Part shown: one piece after another, positions 1-64,000 of the stretch
Numbering within the stretch: position 1 is the stretch's first letter
How the letters are laid out: the number at the start of each line of letters is the position of its first letter
NCBI RefSeq assembly: GCF_001194135.2
Contig: NC_068981.1
Location: 104,956,456-105,020,455 of the forward strand
Source of the DNA: Octopus bimaculoides
Lineage: Eukaryota
Length of the DNA: 64,000 nucleotides
Direction of reading: 5' to 3'
Notes under the pieces: generated by a model
What the model was told of the DNA's origin: nothing
The model's input: only the letters and a program-made list of their open reading frames with translations
Databases searched by the model: none
Made by a program: the position numbers and the translations under genes

Positions 1-199
1 GGTATTGGCCAAATGGTGTAGAAAACCTCATGAAAACCAATTTAGGGTGTTCATTACTTCCGACGAAAATCAATTTAGGGTGTTCATCTTTTTTTTTCAA
101 CCTCCGGAGAAATTGTTAAATTTGTCATATTTGTACGTCTACTACGAAGGATTACATACAGCAACACATACACACACACGCACATACACACACATACAC

Positions 200-268
<69 letters not shown>

Positions 269-381
269 CAGGTGTGTGTGTGTGCTTGCATGCGTATATG
301 CATATATGCATGTATGTATGCACGCATGCATGTATGTATACATGTAACTTGCTACTAAAATACCTGAAATATGTATAATGT

Positions 382-620
382 TGATACTCTACAAAGTGGC
401 ATTCCGTTGGTTACGACGACGTGTGCTCCAGTTGATCCGATCAGCGGAACAGCCAGCTCATGAAATTAACGTGCAAGCGACCGACCGCTCCACAGATACG
501 GGTACCCTTTACGTAGGTCTCAGGAACATTCAGTGCGACAAAGAATGTGACAAGGCTGGCCCTTTGAAATACGAGTACAACTCATTTTTGCCAGCCGAGT
601 GGAACGGAGCAACGTGAAGT
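382..620 (-). mobile_element. SINE family C, 3' part
   Basis: Contains the reverse complement of the core ttcacgttgctcc..cactc.gctggcaaaaatgag, shared with the copies at 42874 and 36300. Confidence 0.6.
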
Positions 621-1002
621 TATGGGAGAAGTTATACCTCTATTTTTAGCTATTGCGAGAACTTTTGCGCAAATCACTATAAGTACATACATAACGGTAT
701 TTATCAGGATCGGCCACGTAATTTACTGTGTTCCCGATTTGCATAGTGTATGCAGATCCGGGATGAATGGGCTGGTAAGGTTATATTCTGATAACCTTCC
801 GCTATCTATAACGATTTGGGTTCAACGTTCTCACGGTAGAAGACGAACAGCGAGATACTTTCTCTGGCGGACAATTATCGAGAAGTAGATCTATAAGAAG
901 ATACCCATTTTTCTTTTTCTGTTTACTTAAGATAACTGTATAAGTTACCGAATCATTAATTTCCACCAAGACATTTAATAAATACTTGTTGAGTTGTTTA
1001 CA

Positions 1003-1285
1003 TACAGACTTGGCCAAAAGTATTAGGCCACCCAATGTTTTGGGGCTCTGCTATCTCAATGTTAATGAAACTCATGCACATGGTAGATTATGGTATATTT
1101 CACAATATACAGTAGTTTTAATATCTGGTTGACCCTCTTTTAGCATCAGTTACCGCTTTTATACGGTTAGGCATTGAATCAATTAGTTTCTTGCAGGTGC
1201 TAGACGCCATTTTACTCCATTCTTCTCCCAACTTTTGGTACAGATGCTCTTTATTTTTAACTGTTGTGTTCCTGATAGCTTCACC
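1003..1285 (-). mobile_element. Tc1-family DNA transposon, 3' end
   Basis: Terminus TA|CAGACTTGGCCAAAAGTATT; minus ORF ends LYQKLGEEWSKM...KLIDSMPNRIKAVTDAKRGSTRY*, the typical Tc1 transposase C-terminus. Confidence 0.85.
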
Positions 1286-2460
1286 AAGAGTCTGTGTTGA
1301 TGTGAGTGGTGGTGTTGGTAGTAGTATGGATGATGTGGTTGGTACCATTGCCTGGGGGGGGGGACGCTGGTGTCATTGTTGCTGTTGCTATTATCATCGT
1401 TATTGCTGTTGTTATTATAAAAGTTGTTTCGGTTTCGTATGCTTGTGTTGTTGTTGTTGTTATAGCTGTTTGAGTGGCGGATATTATAGTTATCATTGTT
1501 GTTATTATATTGCCACTATTGTTGTTGTCATCAACATCGCTATTCTTATTGTTGTTGTTTTGGTTTCGTATGTTTACGTTGTTGTTGTTGTATTGTCCTA
1601 CTCTCCATCTTAATTTTAAGAACGTTTTTTCAGTTTCTGAGAGACAATCGACTTTTCTGACCTTTTTATATGTAGCGAATCTTGATGGTAACTCTAAAGC
1701 ATGCATTTCATCTGTATCTAGCTGTACTGCACCGTATATTCCAGAAGTGTAATTGTTGTTGTTGGCGGTGGAGGTATTGTTTTTATTTGTCCTGTCGCCG
1801 AAGTCCTCTGATAGTTTACACTTCGACATGACAATCACGTCGATATTGTTTGGGTATTTGTAATGATTCTTACCATGCTGGGATCGTTGTTGTTGCCATT
1901 TCATCCACTTGAGTTTGATGCTGAAGTGTTTGCTACAGGCATGGTTAACTCGGCGGTTTTCTTGTTGGGTGTTTGTCATAAATCTGTCTCTTTTGTGTGG
2001 TGTAGTGGTGTTTTTCAGTTCATGCAGCAGGACTCTCTCTCGTTTCTGGTACTGGTTGATTTCTGTGTATGTTTTCTTTTTGATGTTTTGTAACATCATG
2101 TATTTTAGTTTTCTTGCTTGATGTTCTGTGAGTCCTAGCTTCTGGACAGCCGAATTGACAGATTTCGTGTATAGCTTGGAGGAGAAGCATGTTCTAATGA
2201 AGTGGAGCTGTCGGGTAGCTATTTTGATTTTTAGACAGCAGAACACGGGGTTTCTCAGTGTCTTGCTAGCTTGGCCAAAGCTTATTTTATTTCGTTTTTA
2301 GTTTGCAAGATTCTTTACTTGAGTTCGTGTGTTGAAGCATATTGTGTTGTGTCTGGGGAGAGTCATTCTCTTTTAGTGCCTTATTATTTAATAGTTTCCA
2401 TTTATTTACTTATTTATTTTTCTAAAATCTTCGTTGCGTCTTGGAACCTTTTCAATAGTC
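1281..2460 (-). mobile_element. Penelope-like element, N-terminal ORF region (no RT visible)
   Basis: ORF 1281..2246 contains LELPSRFATYKK..DCLSETEKTFLKLRW, resembling the N-terminal motif of Penelope-like ORFs; lies next to a GIY-YIG fragment on the same strand. Confidence 0.6.
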
Positions 2461-3207
2461 GTTGTCTCTGTCCGTTATCCAAGCTGCGTTCTTTTGGTTT
2501 GTTTGTGCGCATGTGTGGGGTTCAGTGTTTGTGCGCATATACATCTTTGTATGTATTTATGCATGTATGTAAGTGTGTGTGTGCATGTATGTATGTGTGC
2601 GTATGCATATATGTATGTGTGTACGTTTGTATGTATGTATGTATTGTACGCATGTATTCTACATATTCATGTGTTTGTGTATGTGTGTTCGTGTTTGTGT
2701 GTTTGTATGTGTGTGTGTTTGCATGCGTGTGTGTGTGTGTACTTCTCTGTCTCCTTGTGTGTGCATGTCTGAGTGTGTCTATGTATGTGTGTGTATGGGT
2801 TTTTGTGACTATGTAGTGTTTTTGTATGTATGGAGGTGTATCTCCATATGTGTGGATGTGTGTTTCCATATGTGCTCTTATGTGAAGTGAAGTGTGTGTG
2901 TATATGGTCATGTATTTCAGTTTTCATTTGAGTATGTGTATGTATGTGTGCTTGTCTGTTCATATTACCTATGTACCTGTCCGTCTGTATGTCTATCTGT
3001 TTAAATTCATATCCATTTACCTACATACATGTGCATATACGTATACATATACACCCACACCCACACACGCGCGCACACATACACACACATGCATACATCT
3101 ATATAGCAGCCCACTTACTATTCTACTTATATATAAATATAAACTGTGGGTATGGGGTATGATTACCTACTACGCATATTTCCTATTTAGTATTGGGGAT
3201 GTTTCAT

Positions 3208-3610
3208 TTATGAGGACGTACTCTTGTATTTGTCTGAGGGTTGGGTCCTTTGGGTGCTTGGATAAAATGCGGATGTCAAGTTAATCCAGGTTGCTTCCAT
3301 GTTCGTAGAGAGTATGGAGGACTGTTTTTTGCCGTCATATTGTCTGAAATGTTCTTTTAGTCTTTCCGCAATACTCCTAGATGTTTCCTCTATGTACGTC
3401 ATGTTCATATCTTTACAAGCACCTTCTATGCCTCTTATGCTGTAGACTACATTTCTAGTTCTACAGTTAATGCCAGAGCTAATCCTACATACCATGCAGT
3501 TATCATTAGTGCATATGGTATTCTCAAAGGAGTACGTCCTACATAAATATATTTTGATAGATTATATGTATAATTTGTTATTTCCTTCTTGTCATCTTCT
3601 CTTTGTACAA
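3208..3610 (-). mobile_element. Penelope-like element, GIY-YIG endonuclease fragment
   Basis: CTNDNCMVCRISSGINCRTRNVVYSI..C...YIEETSRSIAERLKEH: Cys-rich linker plus VY..YIG(E)T.R...RxxEH. Confidence 0.85.
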
Positions 3611-3688
3611 GGACACTGTACGAAACATTGGATAATCCACTCATCACAAAAATGTAGATACACACACACACACACAGACAGACAGACA

Positions 3689-3736
<48 letters not shown>

Positions 3737-3790
3737 TGTATGTATGTATGTATGCATGTATGTATGTATGTATGTATGTATAGATAGATG

Positions 3791-3833
<43 letters not shown>

Positions 3834-3990
3834 TACTGAATATGGATGTGTATGCATGTTCGTACATACATACAGACAAACATATAACAAAGGCACATAG
3901 AATAAAATGCCGTTACTTGATTAAACGCCATTGCTTATTAATAAAGATAATGAAGAAAGTTTAAGAAGATCCAGTCACAGATAAACTCAC

Positions 3991-62459
<58,469 letters not shown>

Positions 62460-62534
62460 CTAAATGACAAGACTTCAGTTAAATACAAATATTGCGAATA
62501 TAAATAAACAGAAATTGAGAGAGATATATATTTA

Positions 62535-62567
<33 letters not shown>

Positions 62568-62578
62568 TCATACATATG

Positions 62579-62651
<73 letters not shown>

Positions 62652-62702
62652 AGTATATATATTTTCACTCGTGCGGTACCTTGCAAGTTTACTTTGTTAT
62701 AA

Positions 62703-62734
<32 letters not shown>

Positions 62735-63538
62735 GAGCGAACTTTAGGTTGGTTAAAATATGTTTGTGACAAACATATTTTAACTCACACAAAGTTCGCT
62801 TATGCCTAAACCCGGAGTTACATTGCTGGGAACCAAACTTCTTACCACACAGCCAAATGAAAACGACCTAAGGGTAGCAAGTGGCATGCATTTAAATAAC
62901 GAAGACGAACGAGGGTTTATACACACGTACACACATACATCTGATTTGCTTAAAAGCCTAGAAATGCTCGTAGTCTCCAAGACAGAGCATAGCAAACAAC
63001 TGCTTCGCATTCTCCAAATACACTCAATTATAGATACAATGAAAATTTGTAAAACATTTCAAAGTTTTTCCATTTTACTTTCCTGGAATGAACAAGTGCT
63101 CACCATGGCATGTGTATATGGCAAACGCTCATACACGCAAACAGTAATGGCGACGTGCACACCCATTCTAGACTATGAGTGCAATTTTGTTTTATGCATG
63201 CACCTACTACATGCATACAATAACTCATTCACAAATCCAAGGAATTATCATGTTTCAAACAAAAGAGCCTTGTCATTTTGAGAGCCACCGGCGCGAAGGG
63301 AAGACGTGAATTAAACCTTATAAAATACCTGCATCCATACACACACAAGCACACACGTGTGCGCGCGTTTATGCACACGCACATACAGATATTCATACAT
63401 AAGTACATTCATGCACTCAAATACACATGTAGAAAATGATAGAGAAATATATGCATATATGCATACATGCCTATACAGGCATAAGTCTGTCTTTCTCTCC
63501 ACACACGCACATGTACAGAGACAGGTGTGTGTGTTGGT

Positions 63539-63574
<36 letters not shown>

Positions 63575-63685
63575 GTGTGTGTGTGCGTGTGTGTGTGTGT
63601 ATGTATGGCGAGTAAGAGAGCAGTGTACATAGATATACAGACATATCATTTAAATAAATAGAATACGTATAATTTTTTTATGCTT

Positions 63686-63722
<37 letters not shown>

Positions 63723-64000
63723 TTATTCATATCGGTCATAACGTTTCCAAGAGCAGACATTAACGAGTCCTTAGTACTGTAGGCATTCTTCTTGCTCCCA
63801 CTCTCAACAGTACCCCGCACATGTTTTAGTACAGAGAGTATAAACCAAGAGAGCTAGGTGGCCAAATGTCAAGGGTAGTATGATCATGAAACTTTTCAGC
63901 CACTCACTCCTAGTAGGCAGTGTGTGAGGGAGCATAATCTGGCTGGAACATGTACGGCCTAAATCGAGCAACTTTCTCGATCTGGGTTTCACAACCGTCT

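Noticed and set aside
340-380. Strong minus-strand acceptor (catatttcag|GTA) as candidate final GPCR exon
   Set aside because: It reads GTA TTT TAG, a stop after two codons, with no VxxE helix-8 motif. No suitable exon was found in 1-3990, so the last exon is probably outside the window.

Overview
AT-rich animal genomic DNA, dense in microsatellites, with 12 N-gaps. The SINE families and repeat landscape look like a coleoid cephalopod, probably Octopus; this is an inference. Almost the whole window is the body of one minus-strand gene, a class B1 (secretin-family) GPCR most like the protostome parathyroid-hormone-receptor-like group. I traced nine coding exons by hand (62459 down to 3991). 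All have GT/AG boundaries and compatible phases, and they give one 317-codon open frame from the distal extracellular domain to the end of TM7. The N-terminal exons and the C-tail exon appear to lie outside the window. The introns hold decayed elements: Penelope-like (GIY-YIG), R4/Dong, RTE, Gypsy, Tc1, mariner, hAT/Buster and three tRNA-derived SINE families. Most ORFs in the supplied track are microsatellite or N-gap artefacts. The most notable extras are three hammerhead-ribozyme-like motifs, a candidate phase-matched alternative exon, a 297-bp spacerless palindrome and several other inverted-repeat structures. I found no CRISPR array, rRNA or genuine tRNA gene. I cannot claim a new biological system from the sequence alone.
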